From: Xanthobacteraceae bacterium
GTDB taxonomy: Bacteria; Pseudomonadota; Alphaproteobacteria; Rhizobiales; Xanthobacteraceae
Direction: 5' to 3'
NCBI GenBank assembly: GCA_024508855.1
Contig: JANINJ010000006.1
Location: 38,301-102,300 of the forward strand
Length of the DNA: 64,000 nucleotides
The position numbers and the translations under genes were made by a program. This document shows, in pieces, positions 53,207 through 64,000 of the stretch (position 1 is its first letter; each line of letters opens with the position of its first letter). The notes beneath the pieces were generated by a model. That model was given only the letters and a program-made list of their open reading frames with translations. It was not told the origin of the DNA and did not search any database.

Positions 53207-53239
53207 AGCCCCGGCCTCACCGCCGGGGCTTTTCTTTTG
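53207..53239 (+). terminator. Rho-independent terminator of the BI-1/YccA-like gene
   Basis: AGCCCCGGC-CTCACC-GCCGGGGCT (9-bp perfect stem) followed by TTTCTTTTG. Confidence 0.75.
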
Positions 53240-53264
53240 CCTCCGACAAAAATACTCTCCGCCC

Positions 53265-53795
53265 ATGTCCGCCGCCGATATCAGGCCCGCCGTCGAGGCG
53301 GACCTTCCTGCCATCACCGCAATTTACGAACGCGAGGTCCTTCATGGCACCGCGACGTTCGAACTCACCCCGCCCGACCTCGCCGAGATGACGCGGCGCT
53401 TCCGGGCGCTGGCGGATGGCAGTTTCCCGTATCTTGCGGCGGAGGTTGCAGGCGAGGTCGTCGGCTACGCCTATGCCGGCCCTTATCGGCCACGGCCGGC
53501 CTACCGGTTCACGGTCGAAAACTCGGTCTATCTCGCGCCCGCCGTCCACCGGCAGGGCATCGGCATGAAGCTGCTGCGACGCCTGATCGACGAATGCGAG
53601 GCGCGCGGCCATCGCCAGATGATCGCAGTCATCGGCGATTCCGCCAACGCCGGATCCATCGGCCTGCACAGCCGGGCCGGCTTCGAGATGATCGGCACGC
53701 ATCCCAATGTCGGGTTCAAGTTCGGCCGCTGGCTGGACACCGTGATGATGCAGCGCGCGCTGGGAGAGGGCGCCGGGACGACGCCGCGCGGCTAA
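53265..53795 (+). CDS. GNAT N-acetyltransferase (phosphinothricin/methionine-sulfoximine acetyltransferase-like)
   Basis: 176 aa with IRPAVEADLPAITAIYEREVLHGTATFE...VENSVYLAPAVHRQGIGMKLL...GFKFGRWLD. Confidence 0.85.
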   Translation: MSAADIRPAVEADLPAITAIYEREVLHGTATFELTPPDLAEMTRRFRALADGSFPYLAAEVAGEVVGYAYAGPYRPRPAYRFTVENSVYLAPAVHRQGIGMKLLRRLIDECEARGHRQMIAVIGDSANAGSIGLHSRAGFEMIGTHPNVGFKFGRWLDTVMMQRALGEGAGTTPRG

Positions 53796-53803
53796 TCCTA
53801 ATT

Positions 53804-54175
53804 TCAGACCACCGCCAGCTTGCGATCAATCACCAGCAGCACACGCTCCAGTTCGTGCCCGCGCCGCAGGATCAAACCACCGGCCGAAATCACGCTGTAG
53901 ATGCCTTGCTTGCGTGCCAACCGTGGATCCTTCTCGATCCGGTAGATCGGGACCTCCGATGCACGGCGGAAAATCGAGAACACCGCCTTGTCTTTCAAAA
54001 AGTCGATCGCATAGTCGCGCCATTCACCCGCCGCCACCATCCGCCCGTACAGGTTGAGGATGCGGTTGAGTTCGAGACGGTTGAATGTGACTCGACTTGG
54101 CAGAGGGACCGCAGCGGCAATGCGCTCCGGCCCCCGACTCTCTCCGGGATCGGCGTCCCCCGACATTGAGCTCAT
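53804..54175 (-). CDS. DUF2794-family protein
   Basis: ORF 53804..54250 trimmed to ATG 54175. The core is FNRLELNRILNLYGRMVAAGEWRDYAIDFLKDKAVFSIFRRASEVPIYRIEKDPRLARKQG. About 123 aa. Confidence 0.65.
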   Translation of the reverse strand: MSSMSGDADPGESRGPERIAAAVPLPSRVTFNRLELNRILNLYGRMVAAGEWRDYAIDFLKDKAVFSIFRRASEVPIYRIEKDPRLARKQGIYSVISAGGLILRRGHELERVLLVIDRKLAVV

Positions 54176-54611
54176 GTCGCGCCTCCTGTCATCTGTCCGA
54201 CATGATCGCGCCGACCGGCCTGCTCCGCAAGGGCCCGATGAGGTCAGCACGCAATCTTGTCGGCGGCAAAGACTGCCGAGAACCGCACGAGCCGGCCAAC
54301 GTCACGGGAACGTTAGTCAAATCATAATACTGCCTAAATTCGGTCAAGCCGACGCCGTGCTGGATTGCGAGAAAACACTCACTGCGTTGGCCCGGTCCTA
54401 TCGATTCCGGATTCCTCAGCCCCCAGCCCCCCGGGGTCGACGGGACCGGGTCTGTACGCAGGAAGTTAATCCCCACACTACGGGCCAACGCGAGTTGGTC
54501 CTTTTTCTTTTTGGGGACCTGCTATCCAGAGTGGCTGGATTGGCGTCGGAGTCGGTGCACCAAGTCACCCGGCGCTACCTGCTCCGGTAGCGCGCAAGCA
54601 GTGCAGCAATC

Positions 54612-55367
54612 CTAATGTAGTGAAGTATAGGCAGCGCCCAGCATCGGGCCGGGTCGATCGCGGGTACCGTCCTGAAGATAGACGACCGCGGCATCGACGC
54701 CGTCGCGCGCGATATTTTCCATCGGCACCGACCAGTTTCCCGGCGCGCCAGTCCAGTCGCCAACCTTCAGCCAGTTGCGCACGACGTTGTGATAGATGAT
54801 TTCACGTCCGCGATTCTCCCCGCGTCCGATGGCGATCGGCACCGCTTTCGAGAGCGCGCAGATCCACACCTCGCCGTGGCTGGCGGTGTGATTCGCACGC
54901 GGGCCCGACACGCTGACATTCAATTGCTTGCCGGATACCGTCATCGAGATCGGCACCGACATGACGTCACCGGACTTTCTGGTGGCATGGATCGCGTTTT
55001 CGATGCCAGCCCGGTCACTGCCGATCACATGCGTCTCGCCGTTGACGATGACCTGCGGCGTATAGACGTCGCGGTCGCCACGCACATGCGAGTAGGCTTT
55101 CTGACGCGCGCTGAATCGCGAATCGGCCAGCGTGTCCTTCCAGCCGAGATAATCCCAGTAATCGATCGGCATGCTCAACGCGACGATCGAGGGATCCTTG
55201 GCGAGTTCACCAAGAATCTTGTCTGCAGGCGGACACGACGAGCAACCTTGCGACGTAAACAATTCCACGACTGCTCGCGGATCTGCCTTGGCGGGAGCAG
55301 TGACAACCATGACAGTGGCCACGCCAAGCGCGCCCGACCATTTCAGAATGTCTTCGTATCCCATCAT
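54612..55367 (-). CDS. DUF1223-family secreted thioredoxin-fold protein
   Basis: ORF 54612..55418 trimmed to ATG 55367 or 55364 (MMGYEDILKWSGALGVATVMVVTAPAKA reads as a signal peptide). It contains ELFTSQGCSSCPPAD and IDYWDYLGW. Confidence 0.75.
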   Translation of the reverse strand: MMGYEDILKWSGALGVATVMVVTAPAKADPRAVVELFTSQGCSSCPPADKILGELAKDPSIVALSMPIDYWDYLGWKDTLADSRFSARQKAYSHVRGDRDVYTPQVIVNGETHVIGSDRAGIENAIHATRKSGDVMSVPISMTVSGKQLNVSVSGPRANHTASHGEVWICALSKAVPIAIGRGENRGREIIYHNVVRNWLKVGDWTGAPGNWSVPMENIARDGVDAAVVYLQDGTRDRPGPMLGAAYTSLH

Positions 55368-55503
55368 TCTGCCGTGAAGAATCCTGGCTCTACTATCGCT
55401 GCTACAGTGCGATTCCAAACCCTCGAATGCGAGAAGGCGACCCTTTCATAGGCCGCCTTCTCATCACTCGCTACTCACTTCGCAGTGAGACGTTCGGTCG
55501 CAG

Positions 55504-55581
55504 CTAGTGGAGCGGATTTGACATTCGCTGCCCACCTTGCCGCGAGTCCGGAGGCGAATGTCAAATCCAAGGCTCCACTAG
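55504..55581. repeat. Long two-tier hairpin H1 (10-bp + 15-bp perfect stems, 25-nt loop)
   Basis: CTAGTGGAGC-GGATTTGACATTCGC-[25 nt]-GCGAATGTCAAATCC-AAG-GCTCCACTAG. Base pairing was checked position by position. Confidence 0.6.
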
Positions 55582-55594
55582 AAGTCTATAATTT

Positions 55595-55670
55595 CTGGTG
55601 GTCCCTATGATTCTAACATTTGCGAGAACGCCGCCGAAACGGGACGCAAATGTTAGAATCGGACCACCAG
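55595..55670. repeat. Long two-tier hairpin H2 (10-bp + 16-bp perfect stems, 20-nt loop), homologous to H1 in inverted orientation
   Basis: CTGGTGGTCC-CTAT-GATTCTAACATTTGCG-[20 nt]-CGCAAATGTTAGAATC-GGACCACCAG. It ends 2 nt from the acnA stop codon (55673..55675). Confidence 0.6.
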
Positions 55671-55672
55671 CA

Positions 55673-58393
<2,721 letters not shown>

Positions 58394-58584
58394 GTGGAGC
58401 AATCCCAGTGTTTTCGTTAGAGATACCCGAAATCAGGTATCTGGACACCATCGGAAGACGGGCCGTTTGGCTTGCAGGTGCGCATTGTGTGCTGCATCAA
58501 GTTCCGGCTTATAGAATCTTTCTAGGGGCACCGCCACACCGACAATCGTTACGCAGCAATGTGTAATGAGAGAGCCGTAAAACG

Positions 58585-59202
58585 ATGAAAAATCCAGCAA
58601 TGCGGCTCTCCGGACGCGACGTCCGATGCGTGCGTGGGGGCCGCGAGATTTTCACCGATCTGAGCTTTTCGGTGCAAAGCGGCGAGGCCCTTGCGGTGAC
58701 CGGGCCAAACGGCGCCGGCAAGACTTCCCTGCTGCGGGTGATTGCAGGCCTGCTGGCGCTTGCGGGCGGCACGATCGACCTCGAAGGCGGAACCGGAGAA
58801 CTGACCACGGCCGAGCAGGCTCACTATCTCGGTCACCGCGATGCCCTCAAGCCGGCGCTCAGCGTCGGGGAGAATCTGGCCTTCTGGCGCGATTTTCTCG
58901 GCGGCGCTCCCGACCACAAGCAAAACGCGCTGACCGCCGTCGGGCTCGACCATATCGCCCACCTGCCGGCCGCCTTTCTCTCGGCCGGCCAGCGGCGGCG
59001 GCTGTCGATGGCCCGCCTGCTGGCGGTGCGGCGACCGGTGTGGCTGCTCGACGAGCCCACATCGGCGCTCGACGCCGCCGGCCAGTCGGTGTTCGCCCGT
59101 CTGATGCAGGATCACCTCGAGAACGGCGGCCTGATCGTGGCTGCAACCCACGCCCCGCTCGGAATTACTACCCACGATCTGTGGATGGGAGCGCAGCCGT
59201 GA
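58585..59202 (+). CDS. ccmA: Cytochrome c maturation heme exporter ATP-binding protein CcmA
   Basis: 205 aa with Walker [13 protein letters not shown], signature [14 protein letters not shown], and Walker [12 protein letters not shown]. It is divergent from acnA. Confidence 0.9.
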   Translation: MKNPAMRLSGRDVRCVRGGREIFTDLSFSVQSGEALAVTGPNGAGKTSLLRVIAGLLALAGGTIDLEGGTGELTTAEQAHYLGHRDALKPALSVGENLAFWRDFLGGAPDHKQNALTAVGLDHIAHLPAAFLSAGQRRRLSMARLLAVRRPVWLLDEPTSALDAAGQSVFARLMQDHLENGGLIVAATHAPLGITTHDLWMGAQP

Positions 59203-59867
59203 CCGCTCTTGCCGCGCTGATTCGCCGCGATATCCGGGTTGCACTGCGCATCGGCGGCGGCGCCCTGATCGGCGTGCTGTTTTTCCTCACGGTGGTGGTG
59301 CTGATGCCGTTCGCGGTCGGTCCGGATCTGGCGTTGCTGAAACGGCTGGGTCCGGCAATCCTGTGGCTCGGCGCTTTGCTCGCCAGCCTGCTGACGCTGG
59401 ACCGGCTGTTCATGGCCGACCATGACGACGGTTCGCTCGATCTCCTTGTGATGAGCCGGACGCCGCTCGAACTGGCCTGCGCCACCAAGGCGCTGGCGCA
59501 CTGGCTGGTCGCCGGCCTTCCGCTGATCGTTGCCACGCCGGTTTTGGGACTGCTGCTCAATCTCGACGGCAGCGCGACCCTGGCGGTGGCCCTGACACTG
59601 CTGGCCGGCACGCCCGCACTGACCCTCACCGGCATGATCGGCGCGGCGCTGGCCGTGACGTTGCATCGCGGCGGCCTTCTGCTGGCCGTGCTGGTGCTGC
59701 CGCTGTCGATCCCGGTGCTGATCTTCGGCGTCGCGGCCTCCAATGCCGCTACTTCCGGCGACACTCCATTCGGAACACCCTTCACGATCCTGTGCGCGCT
59801 TTCGCTCGCCAGTCTGGTGATCGGACCGTTCGCAGCCGCGGCAAGCCTGCGGCATGGGCTGGACTGA
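59199..59867 (+). CDS. ccmB: Heme exporter permease CcmB
   Basis: This is the C-terminal part of ORF 58626..59867. The GTG at 59199 overlaps the ccmA stop (GTGA). [21 protein letters not shown]... gives 222 aa and 6 TM. Confidence 0.85.
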   Translation: MTALAALIRRDIRVALRIGGGALIGVLFFLTVVVLMPFAVGPDLALLKRLGPAILWLGALLASLLTLDRLFMADHDDGSLDLLVMSRTPLELACATKALAHWLVAGLPLIVATPVLGLLLNLDGSATLAVALTLLAGTPALTLTGMIGAALAVTLHRGGLLLAVLVLPLSIPVLIFGVAASNAATSGDTPFGTPFTILCALSLASLVIGPFAAAASLRHGLD

Positions 59868-59949
59868 ACATGCCGACGATCCACGGAACCGAAATGAAAC
59901 CGGCATCCCTGCATTGCCTGCCGGACCCGCGACGATTATCAGGAACGCC

Positions 59950-60684
59950 ATGACGCTGCTCGACCTCGCCAACCCCACCCGCTTCCTGTCGCTGACGGCA
60001 AAGATCCTGCCGTGGCTGGCGGGCGCGACGGCGGTGCTGCTGGTGATCGGCCTGTATCAATCGGCCATGGCGCCCGACGACTATCAGCAGGGCGCGACCG
60101 TGAAGATCATGTTCATCCACGTCCCCAACGCCTGGCTGGCGATGTTCGTGTGGGGCGTGATGAGCATTGCCGCGCTCGGCACGCTGGTGTGGCGGCATCC
60201 CCTGGCGGACGTCGCGGCCAAGGCCGCCGCCCCGATCGGCGCAGCCTTCACGTTTCTGGCGCTCGTCACCGGCTCGCTGTGGGGCCGGCCAATGTGGGGC
60301 ACCTATTGGGAATGGGATGCGCGGCTGACCTCGGTGCTGATCCTGTTTCTGATGTATCTCGGCCTGATGGCGTTGTGGCGCGCGGTCGAGGATCCGTCCC
60401 GCGCTGCGCGTGCGGCTGCGATCCTGACGCTGGTCGGTGCTATCAACCTGCCGATCATCAAGTTCTCGGTCGACTGGTGGAATACGCTGCATCAGCCCGC
60501 CTCGGTCATGCGGATGGGCGGCTCGACGCTCGACAAGGCCTTTCTGATTCCGCTGCTGGTGATGGCGGTCGCCTTCTCATTTCTGTTCGTCACGCTTCAT
60601 ATCGCCGCCATGCGCAACGAGATCCTGCGCCGCCGCGTCCGCTCCCTGCAGATGATGCAGGCCGGCAAACCTTCGGCATCCTGA
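59950..60684 (+). CDS. ccmC: Heme exporter/heme lyase component CcmC
   Basis: ORF 59854..60684 trimmed to ATG 59950 (AGGA 9 nt upstream). It has the Trp-rich WWD motif [16 protein letters not shown]. Confidence 0.9.
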   Translation: MTLLDLANPTRFLSLTAKILPWLAGATAVLLVIGLYQSAMAPDDYQQGATVKIMFIHVPNAWLAMFVWGVMSIAALGTLVWRHPLADVAAKAAAPIGAAFTFLALVTGSLWGRPMWGTYWEWDARLTSVLILFLMYLGLMALWRAVEDPSRAARAAAILTLVGAINLPIIKFSVDWWNTLHQPASVMRMGGSTLDKAFLIPLLVMAVAFSFLFVTLHIAAMRNEILRRRVRSLQMMQAGKPSAS

Positions 60685-60689
60685 GCGCC

Positions 60690-60869
60690 ATGACCCTCGG
60701 TCCCTACGAATCCTTCATCGTCACGTCCTACGTGCTGGTCGCTGCCGTGGTGGCGCTGCTGATCGTCTGGATTACCGTCGATTATCGCCGGCAGAAGGCA
60801 CGCCTGCGTGACCTCGAAGCCCGCGGCGTGACGCGCCGTTCGGGCCGCAGCGCGTCGGATATGTCATGA
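60690..60869 (+). CDS. ccmD: Heme exporter small membrane protein CcmD
   Basis: 59 aa, read from the tail of ORF 60012..60869: [43 protein letters not shown].... It has a single TM, sits between ccmC and ccmG, and its stop overlaps the ccmG ATG. Confidence 0.7.
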   Translation: MTLGPYESFIVTSYVLVAAVVALLIVWITVDYRRQKARLRDLEARGVTRRSGRSASDMS

Positions 60870-61459
60870 GCGAGCCCACGGCACAGGACAGCACGGCACG
60901 GCGGCGAATTCTGATGCTGCTGCCGCTATTGATATTCGCCGCGCTGGCGGCGCTGTTCTGGTTTCGGCTCGGCGACCGCGATCCCTCCCGCATCCCCTCG
61001 GCGCTGATCGGCCGGCCGGTGCCGCAAACGACGCTGCCGGCGCTCGCCGGCCTGACCCGCGACGGCGCGCAGGTGCCGGGGATCGATCCCGGAGCTTTCA
61101 AGGGCAAGGTCAGCGTCGTCAACGTGTGGGCCTCCTGGTGCGTGCCGTGTCACGAGGAAGCTCCGCTGCTGACCAAGCTCAGCGCGGACAAGCGGATTCA
61201 GATCGTCGGCATCAACTACAAGGACACGCCGGACAACGCACGGCGCTTTCTCGGCCGCTACGGCAATCCCTTCGGCATCGTGGGCGCCGACAGCAACGGC
61301 CGCGCGTCGATCGAATGGGGGGTCTACGGCGTGCCGGAGACCTTCATCGTCGGCCGCGACGGCAAGATCGCCTACAAGCTGATCGGCGCCGTGACCCCGG
61401 AAAACATCGACACGGTATTGAAGGCAGAGATCGACAAGGCACTCCAGGCCGGATCGTAA
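60866..61459 (+). CDS. ccmG: Periplasmic thiol:disulfide oxidoreductase CcmG/DsbE
   Basis: 197 aa with an N-terminal anchor, the thioredoxin motif [11 protein letters not shown], and GVYGVPETF. Confidence 0.9.
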   Translation: MSEPTAQDSTARRRILMLLPLLIFAALAALFWFRLGDRDPSRIPSALIGRPVPQTTLPALAGLTRDGAQVPGIDPGAFKGKVSVVNVWASWCVPCHEEAPLLTKLSADKRIQIVGINYKDTPDNARRFLGRYGNPFGIVGADSNGRASIEWGVYGVPETFIVGRDGKIAYKLIGAVTPENIDTVLKAEIDKALQAGS

Positions 61460-61566
61460 ATAATTTTCCGGCGTTTAACTGCCGTTCATTTCGCAGCCAT
61501 GGCGCTGCCACGAATCCGAAGCTAGCTTTGTTCCGTGACAACTATCGTCCTTGGAGGGACATCCCT

Positions 61567-61935
61567 ATGCGTCGTTTCACGCTTGCTTCCCTGACCGCCG
61601 CGGCGCTTACGCTCGGTCTGCTCGCATCTGCGCCGTCGATGGCCCAGTCGACCCAGACCGCGCCGAGCAGTTCGAAGATGGCGCCTTCGAATAAAATGAT
61701 GGCCCCGGCCGCGACCAAGACCTCTCCAACCGCCGGCGCCAAGACTGAATTGCTCGATATCAATTCCGCCAGCGCCGACGAGCTCGACGCACTGCCGGGC
61801 GTCGGCAAGGCGTATTCCGCCGCAATCATCAAAGGCCGCCCCTACAAGGGCAAGGACGATCTGGTGCAGAAGAAGATCGTGCCGCAGAAGACCTATGACG
61901 GCATCAAGGACAAGATCATCGCCAAGCAGAAGTAG
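61567..61935 (+). CDS. Secreted helix-hairpin-helix (ComEA-like) DNA-binding protein
   Basis: This is the C-terminal part of ORF 61126..61935. ATG 61567 has GGAGGGA 8 nt upstream. It has a signal peptide ([26 protein letters not shown]), a Pro/Ala/Ser/Lys linker, and an HhH motif ([25 protein letters not shown]). Confidence 0.7.
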   Translation: MRRFTLASLTAAALTLGLLASAPSMAQSTQTAPSSSKMAPSNKMMAPAATKTSPTAGAKTELLDINSASADELDALPGVGKAYSAAIIKGRPYKGKDDLVQKKIVPQKTYDGIKDKIIAKQK

Positions 61936-61966
61936 CCGACGCGAATTAGTCTTCTCGAATCGAAAG

Positions 61967-61997
61967 CAATGCATCGGCACACCGCGCCGGTGCATTG
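61967..61997. terminator. Stem-loop between convergent HhH and yciB genes (possible bidirectional terminator)
   Basis: CAATGCATCGGC-ACACCGC-GCCGGTGCATTG forms a 12-bp stem with one G-U (plus strand) or mismatch. There is no clean U-tract on either side. Confidence 0.4.
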
Positions 61998-62013
61998 TCA
62001 TGTCGGGAGATCG

Positions 62014-62616
62014 TCAGCCCTTGCCGATGTCGCCTTCCTTGGCGTCGCTGGCTTCGAGCGTCACCGGCTCCAGATGATGGCGCTTGACCAGCGGCATCTG
62101 CAGCATGGCGAACACCATGGTGATCGGAATCACGCCGAATGCCTTGAAGGCGACCCAGAAATCCGTGGTCTGCGTGCGCCAGATGAACTCATTGAGCAGC
62201 GCCATCGCCAGAAAGAACAGCGCCCAGCGCAACGTCAATAGCCGCCAACCCTGCGGGGTGAGGTTGAACATCTGATCGAACATGATGGCGATGAAGGAGC
62301 GACCGAACAGCAGGCCGCCGCCGAGGATCGCCGCGAATAACCCATAGATGATAGTCGGCTTGACCTTGATGAAAGTCTCGTCGTGCAGCACCAGCGTCAA
62401 CGTGCCGAACACGATGACGATGACGCCAGTGACCAGCGCCATGATCGGGATGTGTCGGGTGACGGTGTAGGATGCGATCATCGCGACCACGACCGCGACC
62501 ATGAACGCACCGGTGGCGACGAACAGATTGAACTTGGCGTTGGCGAAGAAAAAGATCAGCAGCGGCCCGAGTTCGGTCGCGAGCTTGAACAGCGGATGCG
62601 GCTGCTTCTTGTCCAT
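62014..62616 (-). CDS. yciB: Intracellular septation protein A (YciB/IspZ)
   Basis: ORF 62014..62685 trimmed to ATG 62616 ([30 protein letters not shown]...). 200 aa, 5 TM. It starts 1 nt after the ftsY stop. Confidence 0.85.
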   Translation of the reverse strand: MDKKQPHPLFKLATELGPLLIFFFANAKFNLFVATGAFMVAVVVAMIASYTVTRHIPIMALVTGVIVIVFGTLTLVLHDETFIKVKPTIIYGLFAAILGGGLLFGRSFIAIMFDQMFNLTPQGWRLLTLRWALFFLAMALLNEFIWRTQTTDFWVAFKAFGVIPITMVFAMLQMPLVKRHHLEPVTLEASDAKEGDIGKG

Positions 62617-62617
62617 G

Positions 62618-63565
62618 TCAGCTCTCAATCCCTGCGATGGCCTTCGAGAAATCCGGTGCCGTGAACGGCGACAGATCGTCGACACCTTCGCCGACGCCGA
62701 TGAAATGTACCGGCAGTTTGAACTTCTGCGCCAGCGCCACCAGAATTCCGCCGCGCGCGGTGCCGTCCAGTTTTGTCATCACGAGACCGGTGACGCCCGC
62801 CACGCGATGGAACGCTTCGACCTGCGACAGCGCGTTCTGGCCGACCGTGGCATCGAGCACCAGCAACACGGCGTGGGGCGCGGTGGCATCGACCTTTCGG
62901 ATGACGCGAACGACTTTCTCGAGCTCGTTCATCAGCTCCGCCTTGTTCTGCAACCGGCCCGCGGTGTCGATCAGCAGCACGTCGGATGAGGCCGTTTTCG
63001 CCTCGGTGATCGCATCGAATGCCAGGCCTGCCGAGTCCGATCCTTGCGCACGGGCGATCACCGGCGCGCCGGTGCGTTCGCCCCAGACCTTGAGTTGCTC
63101 AATGGCAGCCGCGCGAAACGTATCGCCCGCCGCGAGCATCACCTTGCGGCCTTCCGCGGCAAAGCGCGACGCCAGCTTGCCGATGGTCGTGGTTTTGCCG
63201 GAACCGTTGACGCCGACCACCAAGATCACGAAGGGCTTCTTCGCACCGTCGATCACCAGCGGCATCGCCACCGGCGTCAGCACCTTCTCGACCTCGGAGG
63301 CAACCACGGCCTTCACTTCGTCGGCCGAAATCGTCTTGTCGTAGCGGCCGTGACCGACCGCAGCCGCAATCTTTGCTGCAACATCGGTTCCAAGATCGGC
63401 GCGCAACAGCACATCCTCGATATCCTCGAGCATGGCGCGGTCGAGCTTGCGGCGGATCACCAGATCGGCCACTGCCGACCCGATCGAGCTTGACGTTCGC
63501 TTCAGGCCGCTGGAAAGCCTGCGCCACCAGCTCTGTTTCGGTTGTTCAGGATTGTTGTCGGTCAT
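62618..63565 (-). CDS. ftsY: Signal recognition particle receptor FtsY
   Basis: 315 aa. The NG domain has [20 protein letters not shown] and [10 protein letters not shown]. Confidence 0.95.
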   Translation of the reverse strand: MTDNNPEQPKQSWWRRLSSGLKRTSSSIGSAVADLVIRRKLDRAMLEDIEDVLLRADLGTDVAAKIAAAVGHGRYDKTISADEVKAVVASEVEKVLTPVAMPLVIDGAKKPFVILVVGVNGSGKTTTIGKLASRFAAEGRKVMLAAGDTFRAAAIEQLKVWGERTGAPVIARAQGSDSAGLAFDAITEAKTASSDVLLIDTAGRLQNKAELMNELEKVVRVIRKVDATAPHAVLLVLDATVGQNALSQVEAFHRVAGVTGLVMTKLDGTARGGILVALAQKFKLPVHFIGVGEGVDDLSPFTAPDFSKAIAGIES

Positions 63566-63610
63566 GTCCGGAATGCTCTAAACACTTTATCGCTCAAACG
63601 AAAGCCGCCA

Positions 63611-64000
63611 ATGGATACGCCGCAACTCAGCGCCGACGAAATTCTGGCCCGCGTCCTGCATCGCGACGGATTGATGCTGGTGATCGACAAGCCTGCAGGA
63701 CTGCCGGTGCATCGTGGGCCGAAGGGCGGTGCAAATCTCGAAGATTCGTTCGATGCGTTGCGCTTCGGCCTGCCGCGTCCGCCCGTGCTGGCGCACCGGC
63801 TGGACCGCGACACCTCGGGCTGTCTCGTTCTGGGGCGGCACCGCAAAGCGACGGCGTCGCTGGGTTTGCTGTTCAAGCATGGCAAGATTGAGAAGACCTA
63901 CTGGGCCGTCGTCGAAGGCGGGCCGACCGAAGACGAAGGCGTGATCGATATCCCGCTCGGACGGCTCAACGCCGACCGCGGCTGGTGGCAGAAGTCCGAT
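63611..64000 (+). CDS. RluA-family pseudouridine synthase (5' part; runs off the window)
   Basis: Not in the ORF track because it is open-ended. ATG 63611 gives MDTPQLSADEILARVLHRDGLMLVIDKPAGLPVHRG...VLAHRLDRDTSGCLVLGRHRKA...KTYWAVVEG with no stop up to position 64000. HRLDRDTSG is the catalytic Asp motif. Confidence 0.8.
   Translation, partial: MDTPQLSADEILARVLHRDGLMLVIDKPAGLPVHRGPKGGANLEDSFDALRFGLPRPPVLAHRLDRDTSGCLVLGRHRKATASLGLLFKHGKIEKTYWAVVEGGPTEDEGVIDIPLGRLNADRGWWQKSD

Noticed and set aside
53237-54169. 310-aa plus-strand ORF spanning the GNAT gene (other frame) and the DUF2794 gene (antisense)
   Set aside because: It is Arg/Pro/Ala-rich with no motifs, and it conflicts with two better-supported genes.

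Overview
This is a high-GC alphaproteobacterial chromosome segment. Gene order and a 'PGLVPGIHV...SPAMT'-type palindromic repeat suggest Bradyrhizobiaceae/Nitrobacteraceae, but the taxon is an inference. No similarity search was possible, so all family calls rest on motifs read in the ORF translations. From about 23.4 kb rightwards the window is core housekeeping. It holds tRNA-Ser(GGA), the F1 ATP synthase operon atpHAGDC, an RlpA-like gene, priA, xerC and the TCA super-operon mdh-sucCDAB-(SDR)-lpdA. It also holds zapE, thpR, the tesA/ybbA/ybbP module, a BI-1/YccA protein, a GNAT, DUF2794, DUF1223, acnA divergent from ccmABCDG, yciB-ftsY and a partial RluA-family gene. The left 23 kb lies beyond the 3' end of the tRNA and looks accessory. 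It has an mdtABC-type double RND pump with its own NodT/OprM-type lipoprotein. It also has a tightly coupled ~10-kb minus-strand operon with a split LigB-LigA extradiol dioxygenase, a LivK/GFHM-type ABC importer and four different hydrolases (DUF1989, FmdA/AmdA-type, Amidohydro_3, HGGGW esterase). That operon is flanked by a two-component flavin monooxygenase, two Crp/Fnr paralogues and a GntR regulator. This locus is my best candidate for an undescribed (N-aromatic/amide?) catabolic system. Other points worth a second look are an intact ohr gene wedged between atpG and atpD, and two homologous ~26-bp-stem hairpins directly after acnA. Further points are a His-rich secreted RlpA-like protein, a ~60-aa low-complexity insert in the MdtC-like pump, and several structured intergenic repeats. 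I saw no CRISPR array, transposase, phage genes or recognisable defence system.
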